Below, piece after piece: positions 38,921-51,176 of a stretch of DNA of 64,000 nucleotides. How positions within the stretch are numbered: position 1 is the stretch's first letter; each line of letters opens with the position of its first letter. Below the pieces are notes generated by a model, which was not told where the DNA came from, did not search any database, and saw only the letters and a program-made list of their open reading frames with translations. The stretch comes from Malacoraja senta (taxonomy: Eukaryota): assembly GCA_038087875.1 (NCBI GenBank), contig CM075994.1, positions 186,001-250,000 of the forward strand, given 5' to 3'. Made by a program: the position numbers and the translations under genes.

Positions 38921-40177
38921 AAGGTTTAGAGGGATATGGGACAGGTATGTAAGACTAGTGTAGATGGGGCATTTTGGTCGGCAAGGGTAGGTTTGGCTGA
39001 GGGGCCAGTTTCCATCCTGCATGACTCTATGACAGTACAGCATGGAAACAGGCCCTTCAGCCCACCAAGTCCACGCAGCCCATTGATCACCAATGCACAC
39101 TAGTTCCGTGTTATTCATAGAAACATAGTAGGTGCAGGAGCAGGCCATTTGGCCCTTCGAGCCAGTACCGCCATTCAATATGATCACTGCAGATCATGCA
39201 GAATCAGTATCCTGTTCCTGCCATATCCCATAACCCTTGATTCCGTCAGTCCTAAGAGCTATATCTCTTGAAAACATCCACTTGTCATCCACTCCCTACA
39301 AATTAGTAGCAATGTACAGAGACCAAATAACCTACAAGCCCACATGAGATAATATCTACCTCATTGGAGACCCTCGAACTATCTTTGATCAGACTTTACT
39401 GGACTTTATCTTGCACTAAATGTATTTCCTTTATCATGTATCTGTACGCTATGGCTGGCTTGATTGTAACCATGTATTGTCTTTCCACTGACTGGTCAGC
39501 ACGCAACAAAAGCTTTTCATTGTACCTCGGTATACTGCCAATAAACTATACTAACACTTGGAGAATATGAAAGAGAATGAGAGAAAGGTTATGAAGAGGG
39601 ATTAGAGGGGCTGGGCAGCTTTTATTGTGCAAGAGATGTTGATTTGATGATAAATATATAAAATAATGAAAGGTCTAGATGTAGGAGGCTGTTTTCTTCA
39701 AGGAGAGATCGAGGATTGGAAGTCATGGGTGTGAAATAACACGAGGTGAAACTTGCAGGAAAGGACTGCAGATACCGGTCTGCACCGAAGACAGACACAA
39801 AATACTGCAGTAACTCAACGGGACAGGCAGAATCTCTGGATATAATTTTTTTGTTTAATAAAGCACAAAGTTGAGATCTGGAACGCACTGTTGTCTGGGG
39901 TTGTGGGGATATGTTCCATTGTGGTTGCTAGGAGGGAAGTGGAGAAACACGGCAAGAAAAATAATTACAAAACTCTAGAGAATGCTGTGTGGAACCAGCG
40001 AGTTATTCTGTAAAGATCCAGCACGAAATGGAAGGCTGAATGGTCTTCTGTGCTACTCTCACTCTACATTCGATTATTGGGCAACTCATTTCAGTTCGTA
40101 TTGTTGTGAACTGTAGGTACACAAAAATGCTGCAGAAACTCAGCGGGTGCAGCAGCATCTATGGAGCGAAGGAGAGA

Positions 40178-40212
40178 GGCAACGTTTCGGGCCGAAACCC
40201 TTCTTCAGACTG
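40178..40212 (-). ncRNA. Minimal type I hammerhead ribozyme motif in a Penelope-derived repeat (representative copy)
   Basis: Minus strand cagt-CUGAAGA-a-GGGU-uucg-GCCC-GAAAC-GUU-gcc: conserved core, stem II with a UUCG loop, palindromic ACGU stem III and an NUH triplet. Activity untested. Confidence 0.65.
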
Positions 40213-40649
40213 ATAGGGGGTAGGGGGAGGCGGGGAGAAGAAAGGAAAAACGAGGAGGAGGAGCCCGAGGGCTGAGGGAGAGGTAGGAAGGGGAGAAGAC
40301 AGCAAGGGTTAACGGAATTGTGAGAATTCAATGTTCATGCCACCAGGATGCAGACTCCCCAAGCGGAATACGAGGTCCTGTTCCTCCACTTTGTTGTGAA
40401 CTGTACTATTTTCTTCCAATTTTCTTAAACTGCAAGATTTTTTTCAACTTAAAATTTATCAACCAGTTGGTGCATTGCCTCTTCAATGGTTCTATTGTGC
40501 TTTATTGTCACATGTGCAAATTGCACAGTGAAATTCATCTGTAATACAGTTCAATAAAGTATGGCCATACCACAGCACAATCCCCCGATTAGCAAAGTGT
40601 ACAGTAGTTCGCTGAGCCGGTGTTATCTTTGAAGTGTGGTCTCGTTTGG

Positions 40650-40693
<44 letters not shown>

Positions 40694-40865
40694 ACTCGCC
40701 CTCTCCCCCTCTCCCTCTTCGCTGCAACTCTCTCTCTCTCCCTCCCCCCCCCCTCGCCCTCTCAAGACCACCATTGGCTCTGAACTACATAGACTCTGTT
40801 ATTATTGCACTATTATAGTTTGTTTTTGTGTGTACGTATATTATATATATATATATAATATATAA
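40650..40865. repeat. (CT)n and (TA)n microsatellites
   Basis: Direct reading. Confidence 0.9.
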
Positions 40866-41407
40866 TGGCATGTTGCCTTTATCATCGTTACGTTTTTGCA
40901 TACCGTTCATTCATTGTCTTTTATCTATCCACACCACCGTCTATATAATGGAACAAGCCATTCTTAGTTGTTTGTAAGGTGAAAACGAGAAGCCTGTGCG
41001 ACTTGGGTGGGGGAGGGATGAAGAGAGAGGGAATGCCGGAGCTACCTGAAGTGAGAGAAATCAATATTCATACCATTGTAAACTGCCCAAGCGAAATATG
41101 AGATGCCGTTCAAAGATCTGATGCCGTTCCTCCAATTTGCGTTTCGCCTCACTCTGTAAAATCTAATCCCCACTGGCGCCTGCCTTAAACAAAGCCGAAG
41201 TCTATCCCCGTGGGCCGAAGAAGGCCAGTGTGTCCCAGCCCTTTTGTGTATCGGTTCTGCTGTTCAAAAGCACTGTGATCCGAAGAGCGCCTTCGCGACC
41301 ACGGGGAACATTTCACAGCCGGTAACGCGCCAGTAGGGAGCCGGTTATATTGAGTTAAAGCCTATTCCCAGAGTGTGTTTGTTGTTGTAGCGGGTATTCA
41401 CACTCTA

Positions 41408-41920
41408 GCCTTCCCCCCGCACTTTCCCCTCTCTCACCGCTCCCCGTACCCCACTCCCCTCCCCCCCCAACTGTACACTCTACCTCCCGCTAATCCTACT
41501 CTCACCCTCTCACTCCCTCCTCACCCTCTCATCTCCCCCACCCTCCCCACTCCCTCCTGTCCCACCCCGGCCCCTTTCTAACACCCTCCACTCCCCGTTC
41601 TCACACCCTCTCCCCCACATCCTGCCCACACCCTCTCCCCATCCACTCACTCCCTCCTACCCCCCTTTCTCCTCACCTCCCACTCCCTTCACCCTCCTTC
41701 CGCTCCTAGTTTATTTTCTCCCCACCCCATCCTTCACCCCCTTCCTCTTCCCCCACCAACCCGCCCACTCCCACTCCCCCCTTCCCTTCTCCCTTCACTC
41801 GCCCCTTCCCTTCTCCCCTTGCCCCTTTCCCCGCTTCCCCCCTACCCCTCTCTCCTACCCACTCATCCTCCCTGCCACTCCCTGCCACTCCCACTCCCAC
41901 TCCAATCCCCTCCCACACAT
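41408..41920. repeat. C-rich low-complexity tract upstream of the Ig exon
   Basis: Runs of ccc separated by t/a; G-quadruplex-prone on the minus strand. Confidence 0.85.
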
Positions 41921-42097
41921 TCACCGCAGCCTGGGTCAGTATCGCGTTGTTGAGTCGCCGGCAGCTCCCCCCCCCTCCCCCCCCCTGCTCCACCTCCTCA
42001 CATGCTGCCTGACCTCACGGTCATACGGGCCCGCGGAGACGGTCGTGTCCCGGGATTGTAACTGAGACCCGTTGATCCTTTACCTGTTGTGTTGCAG

Positions 42098-42529
42098 CCT
42101 CGGGAAGCAGCGTCGCCGTGGGCGTCCGTGAGAGAGAAGTGAACGGGACCGTCGGCCGCTCGGCCCTTCTCGCCAGCTGCTACTCCACACCCGACCCCTG
42201 CTCTCAGCTAACATTAGAGTGGCGTTTAGACAACAGCACAACTCCCATTGTGAGACTGAGACGATCAAACTGCTCTTCGCTTGTGAGAATGAGACGATCA
42301 GACTGCCCTCTACACCCTGACCGACCCGGTTGTAACTGTTCAGTTCGCTGGACGACCAGTCCTTCCCACACGGGCCGAGTCCAACTCTACCCCGAGAATG
42401 GGTCCCTGTTACTGTGGGATTTACGGCGCAGGGATAGCGGAGTGTACGAGATATCGGTTTACAGCGGCGGAAACAGCGCTGTTAAAGACAACGTGACATT
42501 AACGGTCCACAATTACCACACTGGGACAG
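42098..42529 (+). CDS. Exon 2, V-set Ig domain (HEPACAM/CD2-SLAM/CEACAM/VSTM5-like)
   Basis: Acceptor cctgttgtgttgcag|, donor ACAG|gtagat, phase 1-1, 432 nt open. Encodes (A)SGSSVAVGVREREVNGTVGRSALLASCYS...LEWRL...GRVQLYPENGSLLLWDLRRRDSGVYEISVYS...NVTLTVHNYHTGT, with V-set hallmarks (C-strand W, ENGSL.L.DL...DSG.Y, VTLTV). Six N-glycosylation sequons. Confidence 0.92.
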
Positions 42530-42533
42530 GTAG

Positions 42534-43087
42534 ATTCAGATTCAGATTCAGATTCAACTTTATTGTCATTGTGCAGTGTACAGTACAGAGACAACGAAAT
42601 GCAGTTAGCATCTCCCTAGAAGAGCGACATAAATATGAGCAATAAATAAATAAATCTAATAAATCTTAGTGGGAGGAGTGGGGGGGGGGGGGTGATTGGC
42701 AGTCACCGAGGTACAGTGTTGAGTAGTGTAACCGCCGCAGGGCAGAAGCTGTCCCAGGACCTGCTGGTCCGGCAACGGAGAGACCTGTAGCGCCTCCCGG
42801 ATGGGAGGAGGGTAAACAGTCTGTGGTTGGGGTGAGAGCAGTCTTTGGCGATGCTGAGCGCCCTTCGCAGACAACGCTTGCTTTGGACAGACTCAATGGT
42901 GGGGAGTGAGGAACCGGTGATGCGTTGGGCAATTTTCACCACCCTCTGCAGTGCTTTCCGGTCGGAGACAGAGCAGTTGCCATACCATACTGTGATGCAG
43001 TTGGTAAGGATGCTCTCGATGGTGCAGCGGCAGAAGTTCACCAGAATCTGAGGAGACAGATGGACCTTCTTTAGTCTCCTCAGGAAG
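42534..43087 (-). mobile_element. 5'-truncated Rex1/Babar LINE inserted at the Ig-exon donor site
   Basis: FLRRLKK...IESILTNCITVWYG...LLPSGRRYRS...; (GAATCT)n tail; AGGTAG at both junctions. Confidence 0.88.
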
Positions 43088-45044
43088 GTAGGAACCGGCA
43101 GAGCGTTCAAACATAGAGGGGGCAATTAAAGCATGAAAGTCCAAATAGCAATGGGGTAACAAAGCGGGGTAATTAAAGTGAGCGTAACCCCTTCCCTCCC
43201 ATCGGCGTAGCAATAGAGTTGCTTCCTTACACCGCCAGAGACCCGGGTTCGATCCTAACTACGGGCGGTGTCTGTACGGAGTTTGTATGTTCTCCCCGTG
43301 ACCTGCTTGGGTTTTCTACGGGAGCTCCGGTTTCCTCCAACACTCCAAAGACGTAGAAGGTTTGTAGGTTAATTGGCTTCGGTAAAAATGTGAATTGTCC
43401 CTGGTGTGTGTGGGATAGTGCGAGTGGCCGGCGCGGGCTGGGTGGGCCGAAGGGCCCGTTTCCGCGCTGTATCTCTAAACTAAACACCCCGTACCTCCCC
43501 CCCCCATGCTACCCCTGGCATGCCTTTCCCCATCCTCCTCTCTCCTTCCCTCCCCTCTCTCCCCCTCCCTCCCCTCTCTACCTCTCTCCCCCCTCTCCGT
43601 CCATCCCTCCATCCCCCCTCTCCCTCCACCCCCCCTCTCCTCACGGCGTCTCATCCCCTCTCCCCCCTGTCCTGTCTTCCTCCCTCCCTCTCCCCTCTTC
43701 CCCGGTGTAGGTTCTATGACCCGATATTGAAGCCTAAAGCGGGGCTTGTATCTTTGAAGAAGTTCATGTTTCACCGCGTTGGTGTTTCTAAGCCGAATTT
43801 CATTTCACACCGTTCACTGAAACCGCATCACACAACCGCGCAGGTGCCAGGGAGATTTGCTTAGTAATGTCCTCTAATGAGCGGAGCTCTATGATCTTTG
43901 GTAATGTCCCATCAGCCAAGAATCAAGTCACGAGTGTTGAATTGTCACCTTCCCATAACGGTCTCGACACGAAACGTCGCCCATTCCTTCTCTCCAGAGA
44001 TGCTGCCTGTCCGGCAGAGTTACTCAAACATTTATGTCTTAAATTTGGTTTAAATCAGCATCTGCTGGGTCCATGAAATACTGTCTTGCTACAGCCTAAC
44101 AGCACTGTAAAAATAATACAGCCCTTCAACAAATAAATACATAATCAACTGAATGATCTTTCATGGGATTGTGTAGGAAGGAACTTCAGATGCAGAGTAA
44201 CACTGAAAATAGACACAAAAGGTTTGCAAGAATTGTGTTCAGTTCTGGGCACCATGTTATAGGAAAGAATCTGTGGAACTCATTGCCACGGGGGTCTGTG
44301 GAGGCCAAGTCATTGGATATTTGTAAGGCAGAGATAGACAAATTCTTGATTAGAATGGGTGTCAAGGGTTATAGGGAGAAGGTAGGAAATGAGATTAGGA
44401 GGCAGAGATCAGCCATTATTAAATGCAGAGCAGACTCGATGGGCCGAATGGCCTAATTCTACACTACCGGATATGTCATCTATTCCTTTTCTCCAGAGAT
44501 GCTGCCTGATCCGCTGAGTTACCCCAGCATTTTGTGTCTATCTATAATTAAACCCTATCTTGCACTAAATGTGGTATCCTTTATCCTTTATCTGTACACT
44601 GTGGATGGATTGATTGTAATCAAGTTTAGTCTTTTCAATCAATCAATCAACTTTTATTGTCATCTTACAAAGCAAGAGTTGTACAGTGCAAAATGAGAAG
44701 ACGTTTCCCAGGGAATACCAGAGCATCGCATATAAAACTTAAACATTTCACACATAAATATAAACAATAAAAACAATCCAGTCCCTGATAAAAACAATAC
44801 GAATAGTTAAAAAGTGCAGGTAAACAACAGCAACTTTAAATACAAGTAAAAACAGTCATAAATTGTCCAGGGCAGCTGATTTAAGTGGCCAATGCCAGAG
44901 TTAGAAACATAGAAACATAGAAAATAGGTGCAGAAGTAGGCCATTCGCGCATGCACCGCCATTCAATATGATCATGGCTGATCATCCAACTCAGTATCCT
45001 GTACCTACTTTCTCTCCATACTCCCTGATCCCTTTAGCCTTTAG

Positions 45045-46440
45045 TTGTTATTAAATTGTCAGTGCAAAAAAGCAGCAGAATCAGGTGGAGAGTGTTTAGC
45101 AGCCTCACAGCCTGTGGAAGGAAGCTGTTTAGCAGTCTGGTTGTCGGGGCTTTGATGCTACGGTATCTCTTGCCTGATGGCAGGAGATCCAGGTGTGTGT
45201 GGAGGGGGTGCAGTCTGTCCTTTGCTATGCTCAGTGCTTTTTTCAGGCAGCGGCTCTGGAACAGTTCTTGTACCGAGGGTAGGGAGACGCCATGATCCTC
45301 TCTGCTCCCCTCACTACCCTCTGCAGAGCCTTCCTGTCTGAGCAGTTGCACTTGGAGTACCACATGTTAATGCAGTACGTGAGTACAGACTCCACCGTGC
45401 CCCTGTAAAAAGTCCTGAGGATGTTGGTGGGGAGTGAGGCCTGTTTGAGTTTCCTCAGGTAGTGCAGTCGCTGATGGGCCCGTTTGACAATCCCAGTGTT
45501 GTTCCTGGACCAGGTGAGACTGTCTGTGATTTGCACTCCGAGGAACTTTATGTTCTCCACTCTCTCCACCGTGGGGCCACTGATGTTGAGGGGTGTGTGT
45601 TTGGGCTGCGACCTCCTGAAGTCGACAATCATCTCCTTGGTTTTGTCGACGTTCAATTCTAAGTTGTTGTTGCCGCACCAGTCCACTAGTTGTTTCACTT
45701 CCTCCCTGTACATTGTTTCATCCTCTACACTGATGAGTCCCACCACTGTGGTATCATCTGCGAATTTAATAATCCTGTTGTCCCTGAATCTGGCAGCACA
45801 GTCATGTGTGAGCAGTGTGAACAACAGCGGGCTGAGCACACAGCCTTGAGGGGAGCCAGTGCTCAGCGTGATCGAGCCTGAGGTGTTCTTGCCAACAAGG
45901 ACTGACTGCGGTCTCTGTGTCAGAAAGTCCAGGATCCAGTGACACAGGGTGGTGTTGAGGCCCAGCAGGGTTAGTTTCTCCACAAGTCTCTGTGGGATGA
46001 TGGTATTAAAAGCTGAGCTGAAGTCAATGTACAGGATTCTGGCGTAGGTGTTTTTGTTTTCCAGATGCGTGAGTACTGTGTGCAGCGTAGTAGAGATGGC
46101 ATCTTCTGTAGAACAGTTGGGGCGATAGGCGAACTGGAGGGGGTCTAACGATGAGGGGAGGCTGGCAGTAATGTGAGGTTTAACCAGGCGTTCAAAGCAC
46201 TTCATTACTATGGGGGTCAGGGCGACAGGGCGGTAATCCTTTAGGCAGGCAACAACTGATTTCTTTGCTATTGGGATTATTGTGGAAGTTTTGAGGCATG
46301 TGGGGACAATGGCTTGACAACGGGAGATGTTGAAGATGTCTGTTAGCACATCTGCTACCTCATCAGCACATTCCTTGAGCACACGTCCTGGGATGTTGTC
46401 GGGTCCGACTGCTTTCCACGGGTTGACCTTTGACTGGATA
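45045..46440 (-). mobile_element. Rex1/Babar LINE with a largely intact RT domain
   Basis: 402-aa [62 protein letters not shown]. Confidence 0.93.
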
Positions 46441-47292
46441 GCAGGTAACAAACAAGTACCTCCGTACGCATAGCAGTAATAAACTAAATTAAACTAGCCA
46501 ACCATAATAGTGCAAAAGCCGAATACCATCTGATACGATATGATTGAACTTGATAGTAGGGAGATTGATCTGCCAACAGTCATAAAAACACAAAATACAT
46601 GAAACATGAGATTAAAGTGACGAGTGAAAAGGATTGGGGATGTGTAAAGATTGGGAAGGGGAGGGAAGGGAATCAGTCTCAGTCTACCCCATGACAGAGG
46701 GGGGGGGGGGGGGGGAGTTGTACAGTTGAATCCGTAATGGAAACAAAGACCTGGTCCATGGGAGATCACATATGCTGTGGGTAGTGTTGTGCAGTGCTCA
46801 AGAGCCTGGTGGCTGTTGGGAAGAATCTGTTTAGTTTAGTTTAGAGATACAGTGTGAAACAGGCCCTTCGGCCCATCGGTTCCACACCGACCAGCGATCC
46901 CCGCATATTAACACAATCCTACACATTTTTACATTTACTAAGCCAATTTACCTGCAAACCTGTACGTCTTTTGAGTGTGGGAGGAAACCGGAGATCTCGG
47001 AGGAAACCGAAGATCTCGGAGAAAACCCACATGGGTCACGGGGAGAACGTACAAACTCCGTACAGACAGCACCCGTAGTCGGGATCGAAGCCGGGTCTCC
47101 GCGCTGCAAGCGCTGTAAGGCAGCAACAGTGCCACCGTGCCGCTGTTCTTGAAGCTGGTGGTCACAGTTCTCAAGCTGCGGGATGGGAGCGTGGCCAGGG
47201 TGGCGTGGGTCTTTGGTGATATTGGCTGCCTCATTGAGGCAGTGGTCCCTTCCGGTCTAGTTCATTGCAATAACCCGACTGTTTTATTCCAG

Positions 47293-47433
47293 AAAGTGTG
47301 ACCTCCACTTCCGCGACTCCAACAGGATCTGGGCGGAACAGACTGATGGATATAGCTATACCCGCGTCCCTTTTCCTTATCCTTATCCTAATCATCATTG
47401 GCTTGTCCATTCTCCTGACCAAAGCCCTCCGGG
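47293..47433 (+). CDS. Exon 3, Ser/Thr stalk and transmembrane helix
   Basis: Acceptor gttttattccag|, donor G|gtaagt, phase 1-1. Encodes (E)SVTSTSATPTGSGRNRLMDIAIPASLFLILILIIIGLSILLTKALR, a ~23-aa uncharged hydrophobic stretch followed by basic residues. Confidence 0.9.
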
Positions 47434-47742
47434 GTAAGTGACCCTTCCTGACTCAGTGAATGGCAGTCAGCATCTAGTGGTAGGTCACAAGTTTATTGAG
47501 GTCATGGCCTCACATACTGAGAGAGAAGGGCAGGTTGCACCAGGACTGTGCAGGAAGGAACTGCAGATGCCAGTTTAGACTGAAGATAGACACAAAAAGT
47601 GGGAGTAACTCAGTGGGTCAGGCAGCATCTCTGGAGAAAAGGAATAGTAGTTGTTTCGGGTCGAGACCCTTCTTCAGACAGAGAGTCTGGTGCAAAGAAT
47701 TTCTTTTCAATGGTGTTTAAATTCAAAGTCGTGTAAAGCTTA

Positions 47743-48185
47743 CCAGATCTCCCGGTTGCTAAACACTTTAATTCCCCTTCAAATTCCCACGATGCCCTTT
47801 CTGTCTTAGACCTCCTCCGCTGTCAGATTGAGGCTAAATACAAATTAGAGGAACAGCATCTCATATTCCGCATGTGCAGCTCATACCCCAGTGGTATGAA
47901 TGTTGATTTATCTGTCTTCAAGTAACCCTGGCATTCCCTCTCTCTCCACCCAAGTCGCACCAGCTTTTCATTCTCACCTCGCTACACCTTACAATTACCT
48001 ATTTTCTTTATCTTGTTACATTATTTTTATGCATATTTTTCATTAATTTGTTCTATATCTCTAACATCATTGTCTGTATCTCTCCTGTGCCTTTCCTGTG
48101 ACTTTCAGTCTGAAGAAGGGTCTCGACCCAAAACATTACCTATTCCCTTTCTCCAGAGATGCTGAGTTACTCCAGCTTTTTGTAT
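47743..48185 (+). mobile_element. Penelope-like element 3' fragment with terminal repeat
   Basis: PDLPVAKHFNSPS...KLEEQHLIFR...PSGMNVD (GIY-YIG C-terminal part), then a 3'UTR, then the ctgaagaagggtctcgacccaaaac terminal motif. Confidence 0.8.
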
Positions 48186-48742
48186 ACATCCAAAGCATAA
48201 ACAAGTTTTGTTGAAAGGAAAGACGCAACAGACAGGGAAAACTCAGCATAAATTCCAAAGCAAAATATCCTGGCTGCTAAATGCTTCCACATCTCATCTC
48301 TCATCGCCCCCCTAACACCAGGTGGCCGCAATGCTTTTCATTTTAGTTTAGTTTTGCGATACAGCATGGAAACAGGCCCTTCGGCCAAGAGCGTCCATGT
48401 CGACCATTGCTCACCTCTTCATATTAGATTGACATAAAAAGCTGGAGTATCTCAGCGGACCAGGCAGCATCTCTGGAGAGAAGCAATAGATGACATTTCG
48501 CGTTGAGACCCTCGAAACGTTGCCTATTCCTTTTCTTCAGAGATGCTGCCTGACCCGCTAATCTATTCCAGCATTTTGTGATTATCTTCGGTGTAAACCA
48601 GCATCTGCAGATGTTCTTCGGGGATCTGTAGGAAGGAACTGCAGATGCTGGTTTACACCGAAGATAGACACAAAAGGCCGGAGTAACTCAACGGGTCAGA
48701 TAGCATCTCTGGAGAAAAAGAATAGGTGACGTTTCGAGTCGA

Positions 48743-48777
48743 CATCTGAAGAAGGGGCTCGACCCGAAACGTCACCT
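48743..48777 (+). ncRNA. Minimal hammerhead ribozyme motif (second representative copy)
   Basis: CTGAAGA-aggggctcgaccc-GAAAC-GTC-acc, embedded in a palindromic Penelope-terminus repeat. Confidence 0.55.
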
Positions 48778-51096
48778 TTTCCTTTTCTCCAGAGATGGTA
48801 TCTGACCCACTGAGTTACTCCAGCTTTTTTTGTGTCCATGTTCTCCAGGGATGTTACCTGACCCACTGAGTTACATCAGAACTTTGTGTTTCTCAAATAT
48901 TGTTTATAATAGTGGATACATGGGAGTGATTTATAGACGGGAATCAAACTTAGGGGTAAAAGCAAGGAAATGCAGATGCAGCCTAACCCGCAGAGTTACT
49001 CCACTTTTTTGTGTCTGTCTGTGGTTTAAACCAGCATCTGCAGTTCCTCCCGAAACCTGTTGACACTCACTCTATGTTATCCTATTTTCCATCCACTCTC
49101 CATACGCTAGGGACAATTGACAGAAGCCAATTAACATAAAACCTGCACGTGTTTGGGAAGGAAACCCATGCAGTCAAACGACAATAGACAATAGGTGCAG
49201 GAGTAGGCCATTCAGCCCTTCAGGCCAGCACCGCTATCCAACGTGATCATGGCTGATCATCTCCAATCAATACCCCGTTCCTGCCTTCTCCCCATATCCC
49301 CTGACCGCTATTTTAAAGAGCCCTAACTAGCACTCTCTTGAATGCATCCAGAGAACCGGCCTCCACCGCCCTCTGAGGCAGAGAATTCCACAGACTCACA
49401 ACTCTCTGCGTGAAAAAGTGTTTCCTCATCTCCGTTCTAAATGGCTTACCCCTTATTCTTAAACTGGTAGCCCCTGGTTCTGGACTCCCCCAACATCGGG
49501 AACATGTTTTCTGCCTCTAGCGTGTCCAAACCCTTAATAATCTTATATGTTTCAATAAGATATCCTCTCATCCTTCTAAACTCCAGAGTATACAAGCCCA
49601 GCCACTCCATTCTCTCAGCATATGATAGTCCCGCCATCCCGGGCATTAAGTCACAGGGAGAACATGCAAATTCCATGAATACAGCACCCGTAGTCAGGAT
49701 CGAACCTGGATCTGTGGAGCTGTGAGGCAGCAACTTTACCAGCTGTGCCACTGTGCCTCCGCCCCCTCCTTCCTTGAACAGAAGCCAAACAGCCCCCTCC
49801 CCTCCACCATCCTTCCCCTTCCTAAATGAACTTGTGCTCATTTAAACAACTTGTCCTTTAACTCCATTCACTGCCTCCACATGAACGGTGTCACTATGGG
49901 ACCAACGTGCTCACAGAGAGGATGTGTGGAACTTTGAAGCAAGGAACTGCAGATGCTGGTTAATACACAAAAGGACACAAAGTGCTGGAGCAACTCAGTA
50001 GCTCAGGCGGTGTCTCTGGAGAACATGGATAGGGCGTTTTGGGTCGAGACTGAAGTCTGACGAAGGGTCTTGACCCGACATGTCATCTGAACAGTCTGAA
50101 TAAGGATCGTAACCCAAAATGTCACCTGTCTATATTCGCCAGAGATGCTGCCTGACCTGCTGAGTTACTCCAGCACTTTGTGTGAAATGTTGCTTCTTTC
50201 AAACCCACAAATAAAAGCCCTGATATTTGATGACTATACTGCTTAGTTTAGCTTAGAGATAAGCTCTTCGGGCCACCGAGCCCGCTTCAACCAGCAATCA
50301 CCACACACTAACACTATCCTTCACACACAAGGAGCAATTTTATAATTTTACCAAACCAATTTGCCTATAAATCTACTCATCTTTGGAGTGTAGGAAGAAA
50401 CCGAAGATCTCGGAGAAAACCCATGCAGGTGACGGGGAGAAAGTACAAACTCCTTACAGACAGCATCTGTAGTCAAGATCGGACCTGCGTGTCTGGTGCT
50501 GTGAGGCAGCAACTCTACCGCTGCATCACCATGCCACATCTGGAGAATTTCACCACGTTTTGGCTGCCAATTGCCACATGGCTCACACTTTAAATTTATC
50601 CATCTCTGGCCCCTTCATTTCTCTATCCGCCCCTGGGACTAAATTAGTGACCAATATCCTCCATAAACCTAGAATAAACTCTATATGCGCAACATATTAA
50701 TCCAGTTTAATTAGAGATCCAGCACGGAAACAGGCCCTTCGGCCCACCGTGTCCACATTGATCAGCGATCCCCACGTTCCTACTATCCTACACACACTAG
50801 GGACAATTTACATTTATACCAAGCCTATTAACCTACAAGCCTGTCCATCTTTGGAGTGTGGGAGGAAACCAAAGATCAAGGAGAAACCCCATGCAGGTCA
50901 TGAGGCAAACGTACAAATTCCGTACAGACAATACCCGCAGTCAGGATCGAACCCAGGTCTCTGGCGCTGTAGGGCAGCAGCTCTACTGCTGCACCACCGT
51001 GCTGCCCTGCTTCCATCATTTAATGGCTACAAATTGGTAAGACTCTGGATAATGCATAATTAGAAATTCTGTTGCTATCTCATTATTTTATGTCAG

Positions 51097-51176
51097 ATTA
51101 TTATCGAAGGAGTAAGTCGGACGCCACGGAAGGATTTGTTGCGTTTAACAGAGTTTCACGGCAAGACTTGAACAAG
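51097..51176 (+). CDS. Exon 4, membrane-proximal cytoplasmic segment
   Basis: Acceptor cattattttatgtcag|, donor AAG|gtaagt, phase 1-0, 80 nt. Encodes (D)YYRRSKSDATEGFVAFNRVSRQDLNK in unique sequence. Confidence 0.82.

Noticed and set aside
42118..42645. Treating the 175-aa ORF as a standalone gene, or naming it HEPACAM or VSTM5
   Set aside because: It is an internal exon (GTG start, splice sites on both sides). The similarity is family-level only, so no symbol was assigned.
43711..43960. Possible additional exon (C2 domain) after a long pyrimidine tract
   Set aside because: The phase-1 reading stops after GSMTRY and no frame resembles an Ig C domain.
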